A stretch of DNA of 64,000 nucleotides from an uncultured Alphaproteobacteria bacterium (GTDB lineage: Bacteria > Pseudomonadota > Alphaproteobacteria > Rs-D84). Both the position numbers and the translations under genes were made by a program. Positions 27,841 to 39,403 of this stretch are shown piece by piece. Position 1 is the first letter of the stretch. Each line of letters starts with the position of its first letter. A model generated the notes under the pieces. The model made no database searches, was not told the origin of the DNA, and saw nothing but the letters and a program-made list of their open reading frames with translations. The stretch lies in the NCBI GenBank assembly GCA_934272785.1, contig CAKQSE010000002.1:3588-67587 (forward strand), written 5' to 3'.

Positions 27841-29604
27841 TTATTTTTTGGAAATAAATCCACCAGACTGCATCTTCCACAGGCGGGCATACACGCCACC
27901 ACGACGCAACAATTGGTTGTGGGTTCCCTGCTCTATAATCTGGCCATGGTTGATTACGATAATCCTGTTCATATTGCGCAGCGTTGACAGACGGTGTGCA
28001 ATTGCGATTGTCGTGCGTCCCGCCGACAGGCGTTCAAACGATGACTGGATTGAAACCTCGGTTTCACTGTCCAGGGCGGACGTTGCCTCGTCCAGGACCA
28101 AAATCGGGGCATCTTTCAGGAACGCGCGGGCGATTGCGATACGCTGACGCTGGCCGCCAGACATACGCATACCGCGGTCGCCAACCATTGTGTCGTATTT
28201 GCTTTCGGTCGACATGATGAAATTATCGGCCTGGGCCGCGCGGGCGGCGGCGCGAATTTCGGCATCGGTCGCGTTGGTGCGGCCATATGCGATATTTTCA
28301 CCAATTGTGCGGTTAAACATTGTCGGTTCTTGGGGGATAAATGCAATTGCCCGACGCAAAGAATCCTGGGTTACGTCACGAATATTCTGGCCATCGATAA
28401 AGATTTCGCCCTGGGTCGGTTCATAAAATCGCAACAACAAATTCACCAGTGTTGTTTTCCCTGCGCCCGAGCCACCAACCAGTCCAACGCGTTCGCCGCT
28501 GTTTATTGTCAGGTTTAAATTACGCAGCACCCATTTGCGTTTATATTTAAACGACACATTGCGGAATTCAATACGACCACAACGCACATGCAATTCGTGC
28601 GCGTTTGGCGCGTCGGTGATTTCCAGTGGCGCACTGAGTTCTTCGTATGCCTTTTGCGCACTGCCCACTTTTTCAACAATCTGGGGAATTTGGTCAACGA
28701 TACGCGCGATTGTGCCCATCACGCTGAAAAACACCGATGTCGTGAACACAATTTCAGAAACCAATAATTTTCCGTGCATAAACAGCCACACGCACAACAA
28801 CATCGTTGCGCCAAACGCGACGTCCCACACGAAATTAGGCACTGCCCAGAAAAACCGCTGGACAAAGTAAGAGTGCATATGATCCCTGACCCGTTGGCGA
28901 CGCGGGGCGGCCAAATACTGGCGTTCGGCGTCTGCGCCGGCGAACAATTTCACCACGGAATAGTTGGCCAAACTGTCCACCAATTTACCGGCCAGATGAC
29001 TGCGTGATTCACTGGCGGTCTTGGACGCGCGGTTCATTGGACGTATCAGCAAAATTCCATACACAATACGGAACACGAACACAAACGCAAATATTATCGC
29101 AACATATGCGTTCATTCCCATAATCAATCCAACATTTACCAGAATAACCGCGACGGCACCGAATATTTCCATAAAATTCAGAATCACCGTAAAACCATCG
29201 GCAACAAAATTTATCTGGGTATTTAATTTACCCGCCATGCGCCCGGACCAGAACGACATAGACTGGTGCTGGATATAATCCGACAGAACATCAGATACCT
29301 GGTTATCAATCTTGGGCTGCCAATGACCGCGCGCCCACGCACGCAAAACCGTGCATATGTCCAGTAAAATCAACGTTGATGCGATTATGGCAATCGTCGG
29401 TAATGCAAAACGGACAAACGATACGCCATCGGGTGGCGTCTGTTCAAACAGCGCGATAAACATACGCTGGAAATTCGGGAACAGGACCCCTTCGGACATA
29501 ACGGCCAGGAACAACAATCCCCACACCAACAACGCGCCCCAGTGACCGCGTGCGGCATATTTTATATAAAACTTCCATAACGATTTTGGTAAATTTTGTG
29601 ACAT
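27841..29604 (-). CDS. ABC transporter permease/ATP-binding protein (MsbA-like exporter)
   Basis: ORF 27841..29643. Start MSQNLPKSLW at 29604. Six TM helices plus an NBD with GGSGAGKT, LSGGQRQR and LVLDEATSALD. Confidence 0.9.
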   Translation of the reverse strand: MSQNLPKSLWKFYIKYAARGHWGALLVWGLLFLAVMSEGVLFPNFQRMFIALFEQTPPDGVSFVRFALPTIAIIASTLILLDICTVLRAWARGHWQPKIDNQVSDVLSDYIQHQSMSFWSGRMAGKLNTQINFVADGFTVILNFMEIFGAVAVILVNVGLIMGMNAYVAIIFAFVFVFRIVYGILLIRPMNRASKTASESRSHLAGKLVDSLANYSVVKLFAGADAERQYLAAPRRQRVRDHMHSYFVQRFFWAVPNFVWDVAFGATMLLCVWLFMHGKLLVSEIVFTTSVFFSVMGTIARIVDQIPQIVEKVGSAQKAYEELSAPLEITDAPNAHELHVRCGRIEFRNVSFKYKRKWVLRNLNLTINSGERVGLVGGSGAGKTTLVNLLLRFYEPTQGEIFIDGQNIRDVTQDSLRRAIAFIPQEPTMFNRTIGENIAYGRTNATDAEIRAAARAAQADNFIMSTESKYDTMVGDRGMRMSGGQRQRIAIARAFLKDAPILVLDEATSALDSETEVSIQSSFERLSAGRTTIAIAHRLSTLRNMNRIIVINHGQIIEQGTHNQLLRRGGVYARLWKMQSGGFISKK

Positions 29605-29644
29605 AGCTTGCCCAATGTTATAAGACAAATGGCGCAAAATCAAC

Positions 29645-31408
29645 TTATTTTACAATATCGTGAAATATTTCCGCCGGGATTGTGCCACCGGTGACCTTGG
29701 CCGACATGGGGGTAAAATCATCATTTCCGACCCAAACACCAATTATCCAATCAGGCGTCGCGCCAACAAACCACGCGTCGCGATTATTATTACTGGTCCC
29801 GGTTTTCCCGCCCAGGACGTCATCTGCATTTGCGCGACGGCCCGTGCCACGGGTAACAACATCGGCCAACAATTCGGTCATGTATTCAACCGTCTGGGGT
29901 TGCAGAACCTGTAACGCGTCGGACGGGTTACGTTCATACAGCACATTGCCACGCGGATCGGTTATCTTGGTAATTGAATATGGTCGCACCGACGCGCCAT
30001 CGTTCCAAATCACCGCATATATCGTCGTTAAATCCACCAGTGACATTTCCGACGCACCCAACACCGTTGAATATTCACGGCGCAACTTGGTCCCCACCCC
30101 CAGGCGCGACGCCATATCCAACACGGCGTCAATCCCATATGTTTCGGTCAATTTCAGTGGGACAGAATTAACACTTTTTGCAAATGCGGTTGCCAATGTT
30201 ATATCGCCATAATAACGCGCATTGTAATTTTTCGGATTGTAATCACCAATGGCAAATGGTGAATCATTGACATACGTTTCCGGCGTCATACCATGTTCCA
30301 GCGCAACCAGATATACGACAGGTTTAAACGAACTGCCGGGTTGGCGCATTGTTGTTGCACGGTTGAATTGGCTGGTCTGGTAATCAGTGCCACCAACCAT
30401 CGCACGCAATGCGCCACCCGACGTCATTGCGACCACCGCACCCTGGTATTGGTCAACATGCGACGGCAAAATTGCGGCAATACGTTCCTGCAAATTCCGG
30501 TCCAGCGTAGTGTGCACAATCAAATCAGAATCTGTCACGCCCAGGCGCGAGTGCACCTCGTCCAAGACATAGTCCGTCCAATAGCGATATATATTTGTAT
30601 CCGGCGCGGGTGTTGCGGGTGCCAATTCACGTGCGGCGGCACGCGCATCGTCCAGGCTGACATACCCCTGGCGCACCATTTCCTGTAACACAACGCGGGC
30701 GCGTTTAATATTACGCTCTGGATTTTTCAGTGGGCTGTATGACGTTGGGGCCTTTAACATTGCGGCGATTTGCGCCGATTGTGCCAATGTCATTTTATCG
30801 GCCGATGTTTGAAACATAACGCGCGCGGCGGCATCAATACCACGCATACCACCAACCAATGACACGCGGTTCATATATAAATCCAAGACCTGGTTTTTAT
30901 CAAAGCGATTTTCCAACCAGTATGACAGTATCAATTCCTGGACCTTGCGCGAGATTTTCTTTTCCCGGGACAAGAATATGTTTTTTGTGGTCTGTTGCGT
31001 AATAGACGACCCGCCCGCCGCCAATCGGCCATGGATTGCATTTGAAAACATTGCGCGCGTAATCCCGCGGATATCAATCGGCCCATGTTCAAAGAAACGT
31101 TTATCTTCGATTGCGACGATTGCCTGCCATACGTGTGGGGGCAATGTGTCAACCGATACCGGCGTGCCCATAATGCGACCCGCACTGCGTATTTCATTAC
31201 CATTTTTATCCAGGAATATCACCGCCGCCGGACGCGTTTCGTGCAATATCGCATCCAAGGACGGCATCTGCAAGAATATAACCGCAACATACGTTGCCAC
31301 CGCCACCGCGCACAACAGCCCCAGATTTATCATCCACACAAACAGACGCCACCGCCAACTGGGGCGCGGCTTTTCCGGCGTTAAATCGGTGTTTTTTGCA
31401 CGTGGCAA
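29645..31408 (-). CDS. bifunctional penicillin-binding protein (PBP1A-type transglycosylase/transpeptidase)
   Basis: GT51 motif EDKRFFEHGPID and transpeptidase SxxK (PGSSFKP). N-terminal TM anchor. Confidence 0.9.
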   Translation of the reverse strand: MPRAKNTDLTPEKPRPSWRWRLFVWMINLGLLCAVAVATYVAVIFLQMPSLDAILHETRPAAVIFLDKNGNEIRSAGRIMGTPVSVDTLPPHVWQAIVAIEDKRFFEHGPIDIRGITRAMFSNAIHGRLAAGGSSITQQTTKNIFLSREKKISRKVQELILSYWLENRFDKNQVLDLYMNRVSLVGGMRGIDAAARVMFQTSADKMTLAQSAQIAAMLKAPTSYSPLKNPERNIKRARVVLQEMVRQGYVSLDDARAAARELAPATPAPDTNIYRYWTDYVLDEVHSRLGVTDSDLIVHTTLDRNLQERIAAILPSHVDQYQGAVVAMTSGGALRAMVGGTDYQTSQFNRATTMRQPGSSFKPVVYLVALEHGMTPETYVNDSPFAIGDYNPKNYNARYYGDITLATAFAKSVNSVPLKLTETYGIDAVLDMASRLGVGTKLRREYSTVLGASEMSLVDLTTIYAVIWNDGASVRPYSITKITDPRGNVLYERNPSDALQVLQPQTVEYMTELLADVVTRGTGRRANADDVLGGKTGTSNNNRDAWFVGATPDWIIGVWVGNDDFTPMSAKVTGGTIPAEIFHDIVK

Positions 31409-31516
31409 TTGTAATCCTTATGTCCTTTCGGTGGAATTATATCACAAACAACTTGCGTTATGCCAGATTTTAAAACTATAATTCAGCACGAATGTAACCC
31501 CAGGGGGAAAAGGAAT

Positions 31517-32242
31517 ATGAAAAAATTATCTGTTTTGTTTTTAACCGCAATGTGCGCTGTGCCTGCGATGGCGGAACCAATGTATGGCACATCTGACGAA
31601 TACGATTATGTGGACGAAGAAATCGCCCCATTATCACAAAGTGCGCCATCGGTTGGATATTCCGCCCCGGCCACCACATCAACATCGCCGCGCGGCGCGC
31701 GTGATAATTATGTCGGATTTCGCGTGCACCAGAACGCACACCTGGCCATGAAATATGATGTAAATCACGGATACACCACGCATAAAACGAAAAAGAACAC
31801 GGGGCTGAGTCTGAACGTCGGCAACCGTCTGACCGAATATGTGAAAATTGAATTTGAAACGGGGTACACTGGCGCAAAATTTACCAAGCGTGACACACAT
31901 CACGATTATGATTTGTGGTCTAATATGCTGAACGTGTATATGTATAAAAACTTTGGCGGGGCGGTTGAACCATATGCCGGACTGGGCGTTGGAATGACCG
32001 GAATCTGGGGCGAAATATCCGGGGCGGCCCCGCACATCAGTGCATCAACATTGGATTTATCGTTGCAGGGTATGTTTGGCGTGAACTTTGCATTAAATGA
32101 CCGTATTGACCTGAATCTGGGGGCAAAGTATATCAGATATGGCCGTGTTGAATTTGAACGCAACAACGGCGAATACGCAAACACCCGAATTGATGCCACA
32201 GAATTCTTTATCGGCGCGGCGTATAAGTTTGATGTAAAATAA
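31517..32242 (+). CDS. outer-membrane beta-barrel protein
   Basis: ORF 31460..32242. Signal-peptide start MKKLSVLFLTAMCAVPAMA at 31517. Beta-strand periodicity. C-terminal AAYKFDVK. Confidence 0.7.
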   Translation: MKKLSVLFLTAMCAVPAMAEPMYGTSDEYDYVDEEIAPLSQSAPSVGYSAPATTSTSPRGARDNYVGFRVHQNAHLAMKYDVNHGYTTHKTKKNTGLSLNVGNRLTEYVKIEFETGYTGAKFTKRDTHHDYDLWSNMLNVYMYKNFGGAVEPYAGLGVGMTGIWGEISGAAPHISASTLDLSLQGMFGVNFALNDRIDLNLGAKYIRYGRVEFERNNGEYANTRIDATEFFIGAAYKFDVK

Positions 32243-32263
32243 AAATGCCCGTTTGGGCATTTT

Positions 32264-32266
<3 letters not shown>
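32241..32266. terminator. bidirectional terminator (OMP / ligA)
   Basis: AAAAATGCCC-GTTT-GGGCATTTTTT. Confidence 0.7.
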
Positions 32267-34312
<2,046 letters not shown>

Positions 34313-34320
34313 TTAGTCAA

Positions 34321-34355
34321 AAAAACACAAAATCCGCCACAGATTCTGGCGGATT
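34321..34355 (-). terminator. terminator of the HTH gene
   Basis: Minus strand AATCCGCCA-GAATCTG-TGGCGGATT followed by TTTGTGTTTTT. Confidence 0.6.
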
Positions 34356-34594
34356 TATTTCGTGTTTTGTGGAAAGAATTTTGCAAACTCGGCCCAATCG
34401 GTGTTTGTCGCGTTCAGAATCTTGACCAACGTGCCAACCGACATCCAATATTGCCGACCGTTTGGACCGGTGCGCTTGCTCTTGTTCAATGCGGTTATAT
34501 CAATGCCACTGATACGCGCCATGTGTGAACACGAAATCCGACGCGATGCCGCCAAATTATCAATCGCCGCCCAGAACATTGTGTTATCTATCAT
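34355..34594 (-). CDS. small helix-turn-helix transcriptional regulator
   Basis: Start MIDNTMFWAAID at 34594 after a GGAGA SD. ISCSHMARISGIDITALNKSKR is an HTH-like core. A terminator overlaps the stop codon. Confidence 0.6.
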   Translation of the reverse strand: MIDNTMFWAAIDNLAASRRISCSHMARISGIDITALNKSKRTGPNGRQYWMSVGTLVKILNATNTDWAEFAKFFPQNTK

Positions 34595-34699
34595 GTTCTC
34601 TCCATTACACAAAACTGTTATACCTGTTGTTTTTATTGTTTTATATTCTAATTATGATTGAATTCCCAGTAAAAATCAATTACTTTTTTCATATAAATC

Positions 34700-34736
34700 A
34701 AAAAAAATAAAAACGCCCGCCAAAATCGACGGGCGC
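34700..34736 (-). terminator. fabI terminator
   Basis: Minus strand CGCCCG-TCGATTTTGG-CGGGCG followed by a long T-run. Confidence 0.6.
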
Positions 34737-34751
34737 GGTGCGTGGATGAAA

Positions 34752-35564
34752 TTATTTCTCGTCCAGCCCCTTTAACAAAATGTCTTTCAATTCGTTCGGC
34801 ATCATACCTGTTGTGGAATATCCACAGTCAACATGATGCACCTCGCCCGTGACGGCGGATGCCAGGTCACTGAACAAATACACGGCCGCACCTGACACAT
34901 CGTCCAGGGTCATATTGCGGCGCAATGGGGTCTGTTCCGCGTTCAGGCGCAACATTGCCTTGAACCCACCAACACCCGACGACGCCAGTGTCATAATCGG
35001 ACCCGCCGAAATCGCATTGACGCGAATCTTGTCACGCCCCAGGTCGGATGCCAGATAACGAACACTGCTGTCCAGGGCGGATTTTGCAACACCCATCACA
35101 TTATAATTCGGCACGGATTTTTCACCGCCAAAGTATGTCAGGGCAACAATGCTGCCGCCATCGGTCATCAATTTGGACGCACGACGGGTCAAATCAACCA
35201 GTGAATACACGGAAATATCCATCGTGTTCTTGAAATTCGCGCGGGTTGTATCGACATAGCGACCGGTCAATTCATTTTTATCAGAAAACGCAATCGCGTG
35301 CAGCATACCGTCCAGGTGCCCCCACTCGCGTTCAATGTTCGCAAACAGCGAATCCATCTGTTCATCGTTTTGAACATTGCATTCCTGGACAAATTTGGCA
35401 CCAATCGATTCGGCCAACGGACGCACGCGACGTTCCAGTGCCGGCATCGCGTAAGGCATCGCGATTTCCGCCCCCATTTCATGCGCGCGCCGCGCGATTG
35501 CCCACGCCATAGACCAATCGTTTGCAACGCCAGTAATCAGAATCTTTTTTCCTTTTAATAACAT
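34752..35564 (-). CDS. fabI: enoyl-ACP reductase FabI
   Basis: Start MLLKGKKILITGVAN at 35564. SDR Rossmann fold with FabI-type Y..M...K region. Confidence 0.92.
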   Translation of the reverse strand: MLLKGKKILITGVANDWSMAWAIARRAHEMGAEIAMPYAMPALERRVRPLAESIGAKFVQECNVQNDEQMDSLFANIEREWGHLDGMLHAIAFSDKNELTGRYVDTTRANFKNTMDISVYSLVDLTRRASKLMTDGGSIVALTYFGGEKSVPNYNVMGVAKSALDSSVRYLASDLGRDKIRVNAISAGPIMTLASSGVGGFKAMLRLNAEQTPLRRNMTLDDVSGAAVYLFSDLASAVTGEVHHVDCGYSTTGMMPNELKDILLKGLDEK

Positions 35565-35636
35565 AATACTTCCTTTTGTTATTTGTATTGGACACGCCCA
35601 ATATAGCACCCATGTTTTAATAATTCTAGTATGAAA

Positions 35637-37022
35637 TTAAATTTGTATCTCATGGTCGATTTTTGTATTACGCGTGAACATTTCATCGTGCGACACCAAC
35701 AATATCGCGCCACGATATTGGTTCAAGGCATCTTCCAGAATCGCAATACTCTTGATTTCCAGGTTGTTTGTCGGTTCGTCCAGAATCAGTAAATCGGGTT
35801 GATTTTCACCACCCAATATGGCCGCCAATGTCGCCTTTAACAATTCGCCGCCGGATAATATTCCTACCTGTTTATTTGAATCATCACCCCGAAAACCAAA
35901 GTTTGCCGCAATTACATGCGCATCGTGTTGGCTAACACCGGCAATATCCACTATGTTATCAACAATACTTTTGTTTTTGTCCAACAACGATAAATCCTGG
36001 TCCAGGTATGCAATTTTGCCAAATGTTTTGACCGTGCCCGCGCGTGGCGTTAAATCCCCACAGATTATTTTCAGCAATGTGGACTTTCCCGCCCCATTTC
36101 GTCCCGTAATGCGAACGCGCTGTCCGCCATACATGACCAGGTTAAAATTATTCAACACCATTGTCGCACCATACCCAAATGTCAAGTTGGATATATGTAT
36201 CAACTCCTTGCTGTAAAATGGTTTGCTGGGCAATGGAATTTTGATTTTGTCTTCCTGCATCTGGGTGGCCAGCGTCTGGCGTAATTCCATTTGAGTATTT
36301 AATTTTTGTTGAATAATCGCGCGCCGCTTGGCCTCGGTTTCCTGGCTCTTGCCCTTTAATGCGTTTGCCGCAATGCGGCTGCGCCGCGTGCTGGCAATTT
36401 CTTTGCGCTGCTTGACCTCGTGATGTTGACGAGTGTTTTGCGCAATATTCATTGTCGCCCCCAGACGACTAATTTCCTTTTGGGTGGCGGTGTATTTGGC
36501 AAAAATATTTTCCTGTTCGGCGCGCCGCCCGGCAACCCAGAAATCATAATTTCCGCCCCAGACACGTATTTTACCCTGTCTGATTTCAATGATTTTATCC
36601 ACCTGGCGCAACAATTCACGGTCATGCGAAACGATTACGGCCCCAAAAGGGTATGATGCCAGATTATTAAAAAATCTGCGTCGCGCATCCGCATCCAGAT
36701 TATTTGTCGGCTCGTCCAACAGCAATATTGCCGCACCGCTGTCAAACGCGCGTGCCAGTTCGGTACCTTGCCGTTCGCCACCACTTTTTGATGTCGCCGC
36801 GTTTATTTGACGCGTCATATACACACTGGCCCCGCGGGAAACATGACCGCCGTCTGGCACGATATCCCCAGCCAATAATTTCAGCACAGTTGTTTTACCG
36901 ACGCCGTTATCGCCGACAATGGCAACACGTTCAGAATCACTGAACGCGATTGAAACACTGTCCAAAATCATATTGGACGCATCATATGAAAAAGACACAT
37001 TTGATAAAGAAATTGTAGACAT
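35637..37022 (-). CDS. ABC-F family ATPase (two NBDs, no TM domain)
   Basis: Start MSTISLSNVSFSY at 37022. Two Walker A sites (GDNGVGKT, GRNGAGKS) separated by a charged linker. Confidence 0.88.
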   Translation of the reverse strand: MSTISLSNVSFSYDASNMILDSVSIAFSDSERVAIVGDNGVGKTTVLKLLAGDIVPDGGHVSRGASVYMTRQINAATSKSGGERQGTELARAFDSGAAILLLDEPTNNLDADARRRFFNNLASYPFGAVIVSHDRELLRQVDKIIEIRQGKIRVWGGNYDFWVAGRRAEQENIFAKYTATQKEISRLGATMNIAQNTRQHHEVKQRKEIASTRRSRIAANALKGKSQETEAKRRAIIQQKLNTQMELRQTLATQMQEDKIKIPLPSKPFYSKELIHISNLTFGYGATMVLNNFNLVMYGGQRVRITGRNGAGKSTLLKIICGDLTPRAGTVKTFGKIAYLDQDLSLLDKNKSIVDNIVDIAGVSQHDAHVIAANFGFRGDDSNKQVGILSGGELLKATLAAILGGENQPDLLILDEPTNNLEIKSIAILEDALNQYRGAILLVSHDEMFTRNTKIDHEIQI

Positions 37023-37166
37023 GATAAAAACCCTTGAATATTGTAAAGCCACCGCCCGCGCGAACATAACGACACACGGTTTGTTTTATAAAGAATTACA
37101 ATATTACATACGCATTGGTTTTTATCCTTTTGATTTATGCCAATTCTAGCACACACCCCAAAAATG

Positions 37167-37976
37167 TCAATTTTTATTTGGTTGCGACACCATCAGTTCA
37201 ATACCAACAACACCGTACTTTGATTCTTGGGCCGGGGTATAGAACTTTGATACCGCCGCGATCAACTGTTCCACGTTATCAAATCCTATGCGACGAACAC
37301 TTATTTGGGTGGCCAGGACCGCAAAACTCTTGGCAATGTGCATATGCACAATTTCGCACCGGATATAATCAGACGGATTTTCCGCATCATAGATTAAAAC
37401 AATATCACCGGCACGCATCTGGCGACGCTTTTCATCATACAGACGCAGTCCTATGTCTTTCTGGCCAGATTTTACCATTTCATAGTACGTATGACGCAGG
37501 CTCATTGAAAACCCACACACCAGGTTTGGCAGCACATGCGTTGCATAAAAATCGCGCATATCGGCCATTGGCACATATTCCGGCGACAGCAAATCATCCG
37601 GGGCAATCCAGACAACCGATACCGAATCAGGACGATTTTCACAGAAATTCAGTGCATGATCATCCGCGATATGTACGGTATAAAAATGATGTTCTTCGGC
37701 AAACGCACCACGCGCCAATGCACGCGCGTACGTTGCATGCCGAAATGCGTATGGTACCGGCACAGCCACCGCCGCGTCCGCCAAATCTGCCGCAGACGGT
37801 CCCAGTTCTTCTGCTAATTCACGGCGCAGTGCTGCATCAAAATCCTCGCCCGCGTCCAGGCGACCACCGATTGGTCCGTATCCATTTTCGCCATATTTTA
37901 ACACCGCAACGCGCCCGTCGCGCACCGGGATAATATATGCAGAATAACTGATATCTTTTATCGTATTGCGTTCCAA
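37167..37976 (-). CDS. NUDIX hydrolase fused to an ASCH/PUA-like domain
   Basis: NUDIX box GRLDAGEDFDAALRRELAEELG. The C-terminal ~110 aa (YYEMVKSGQKDIGLRLYDEKRRQMRAGDIVLI ... KYGVVGIEL) fit the ASCH pattern. Confidence 0.7.
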   Translation of the reverse strand: MERNTIKDISYSAYIIPVRDGRVAVLKYGENGYGPIGGRLDAGEDFDAALRRELAEELGPSAADLADAAVAVPVPYAFRHATYARALARGAFAEEHHFYTVHIADDHALNFCENRPDSVSVVWIAPDDLLSPEYVPMADMRDFYATHVLPNLVCGFSMSLRHTYYEMVKSGQKDIGLRLYDEKRRQMRAGDIVLIYDAENPSDYIRCEIVHMHIAKSFAVLATQISVRRIGFDNVEQLIAAVSKFYTPAQESKYGVVGIELMVSQPNKN

Positions 37977-38125
37977 TTCGGCCTCCCTGACACTTCTGAA
38001 TCCTTATGACATTAATGCTATACGCCCGCCCGCCAAATATCAATAAATTTATCAGAACAAACGCCCAGTATTGCCCCACACCACCACAATAATTCCACCA
38101 AATTGGGAACAAATGAAAAAAAGAC

Positions 38126-38154
38126 TTGAAATACATAAAAAAAACGTATAAGAT
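38126..38154 (+). promoter_or_regulatory. promoter of tRNA-Asn
   Basis: TTGAAA-17-TAAGAT, 11 nt upstream of the tRNA. Confidence 0.45.
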
Positions 38155-38165
38155 ATGCGGGCTGT

Positions 38166-38241
38166 TCGGGCATAGTTCAGTCGGTAGAACAACGGACTGT
38201 TAATCCGTATGTCACTGGTTCGAGTCCAGTTGCCCGAGCCA
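38166..38241 (+). tRNA. tRNA-Asn (anticodon GTT)
   Basis: Acceptor TCGGGCA/TGCCCGA, anticodon loop CTGTTAA, T-arm CTGGTTCGAGTCCAG, encoded CCA. Confidence 0.95.
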
Positions 38242-38248
38242 CGAATTC

Positions 38249-38281
38249 CAGGGTTCCCAATCGGGACCCTGTTTATTTTTT
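38249..38281 (+). terminator. tRNA-Asn terminator
   Basis: CAGGGTTCC-CAATC-GGGACCCTG followed by TTTATTTTTT. Confidence 0.65.
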
Positions 38282-38659
38282 CAATTCCACTAATTTTTGA
38301 GATACGATGTGGTCGGCGGGTAATTGCGGATGCGCCAGCAATTCGTCCAACTGCACCCAGTGCATTTGATCATGGACGCGCAATTCTATTTCCCCAGAAA
38401 ATCTTGTAATTTCATACGCATACAAATTGATTTCACGTCCCGTATCGGTCACAAAGTGCGCGATTGTAACCAAATCGCCAATTTCGGCATTTATGCCCAA
38501 TTCTTCGTTCAATTCACGGGCCAGGCACGACGGCCCATCTTCGCCTGGTTCAAATTTACCACCGGGATATTCCCACGCGCCGGCACACGGCTGGGCCTGC
38601 GCACGCCGCATCAGTAAAACAGAGTCACCATCACGAAAAATTGCCGCCGTTACGTTCAT
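38273..38659 (-). CDS. MutT-like NUDIX pyrophosphohydrolase
   Basis: GGKFEPGEDGPSCLARELNEELG NUDIX box. 128 aa. Confidence 0.8.
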   Translation of the reverse strand: MNVTAAIFRDGDSVLLMRRAQAQPCAGAWEYPGGKFEPGEDGPSCLARELNEELGINAEIGDLVTIAHFVTDTGREINLYAYEITRFSGEIELRVHDQMHWVQLDELLAHPQLPADHIVSQKLVELKK

Positions 38660-38716
38660 GTGTTTTATGATATAAAACCATCAATATCAATGCAAGGGAT
38701 TTGGACTATAAACCGA

Positions 38717-38746
38717 TTGACAAAATGTGATTTTTTAGTCTATGCT
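38717..38746 (+). promoter_or_regulatory. promoter of the small HNH gene
   Basis: TTGACA-18-TATGCT. Confidence 0.5.
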
Positions 38747-38796
38747 GGCCACATAGTCATAAGACAAATTTCTGCATCTAAATCCTGGGGGACGGC

Positions 38797-39147
38797 ATGG
38801 AACGCACAGAAACACATAAAATCACAATTACGTTGAAATTTGAACTGTTACTGGGCGACAACGAAATTTATTGCAGCATTTGCGGCCAGCCGATAACCAA
38901 GAAACAAAAAATGTCCATTGATCACCACATTCCGCGCATGCACGGCGGGACCGATTATCGCGAAAATCTGTTTCCGGCGCATCAAATTTGCAATTCGATA
39001 AAAGGCGACCTGATGCCCGAGGAATTTGAGGCCCGCAAAGAAGACCTGTTTGGACACGCATTGGTTTCGTGGAAATTAAAGAAGGGTGATGTTGCAATCG
39101 TCGCACGTGCATTGGCCAACATGCGCAGCAAACAAAAAATCCATTAA
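38797..39147 (+). CDS. small HNH endonuclease
   Basis: CSIC...DHHIPRMHGGTD..NL.PAHQICNSIKG is an HNH (beta-beta-alpha-Me) motif. 116 aa. GGGGGA SD and a consensus-like promoter upstream. Confidence 0.75.
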   Translation: MERTETHKITITLKFELLLGDNEIYCSICGQPITKKQKMSIDHHIPRMHGGTDYRENLFPAHQICNSIKGDLMPEEFEARKEDLFGHALVSWKLKKGDVAIVARALANMRSKQKIH

Positions 39148-39168
39148 ATCGTGAATTTGTATAGGTAT

Positions 39169-39201
39169 AAAAAAAAGGACCACTCACAGCAGAGAGCGGT
39201 C
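39169..39201 (-). terminator. terminator of the candidate sRNA
   Basis: Minus strand GACCGCTC-TCTGCTGT-GAGTGGTC followed by C-T8. Confidence 0.65.
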
Positions 39202-39397
39202 GGGGAGTTAACAAATCATATTCACGGATGATTCTGTCGCCTTTGGGTTGTCCCTGTTTTATAGCGATCAGCCCCCCGACCCGTTCAGGTCAGGGTATCG
39301 GTATGTTTTATTCATACCGACGGCGGATATGATGCATCCATGCACCACGTGAATATGGACTTGTTAAAGTCCTGAACCAAAATCCCTTTTGTGTTCA
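39170..39397 (-). ncRNA. candidate structured sRNA (~228 nt), family unknown
   Basis: Own promoter (TTGAAA-17-TAAAAT) and own intrinsic terminator (8-bp stem plus C-T8) on the minus strand. Multiple perfect 6-10-bp helices. No ORF longer than 15 codons. Confidence 0.55.
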
Positions 39398-39403
39398 CAG
39401 ACT

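Noticed and set aside
39170-39397. Identification of the sRNA candidate as RNase P RNA, SRP (4.5S) RNA, 6S RNA or a HEARO/omega-type guide RNA
   Set aside because: It lacks the GAGGAAAGTCC/ACAGAA RNase P signatures and the GGAAGCAGCC SRP domain IV motif. It is too short for RNase P. The end-to-end pairing with a central bubble expected for 6S is not evident. The neighbouring HNH protein is only 116 aa, with no RuvC or IscB-like domains. It is left as family unknown.
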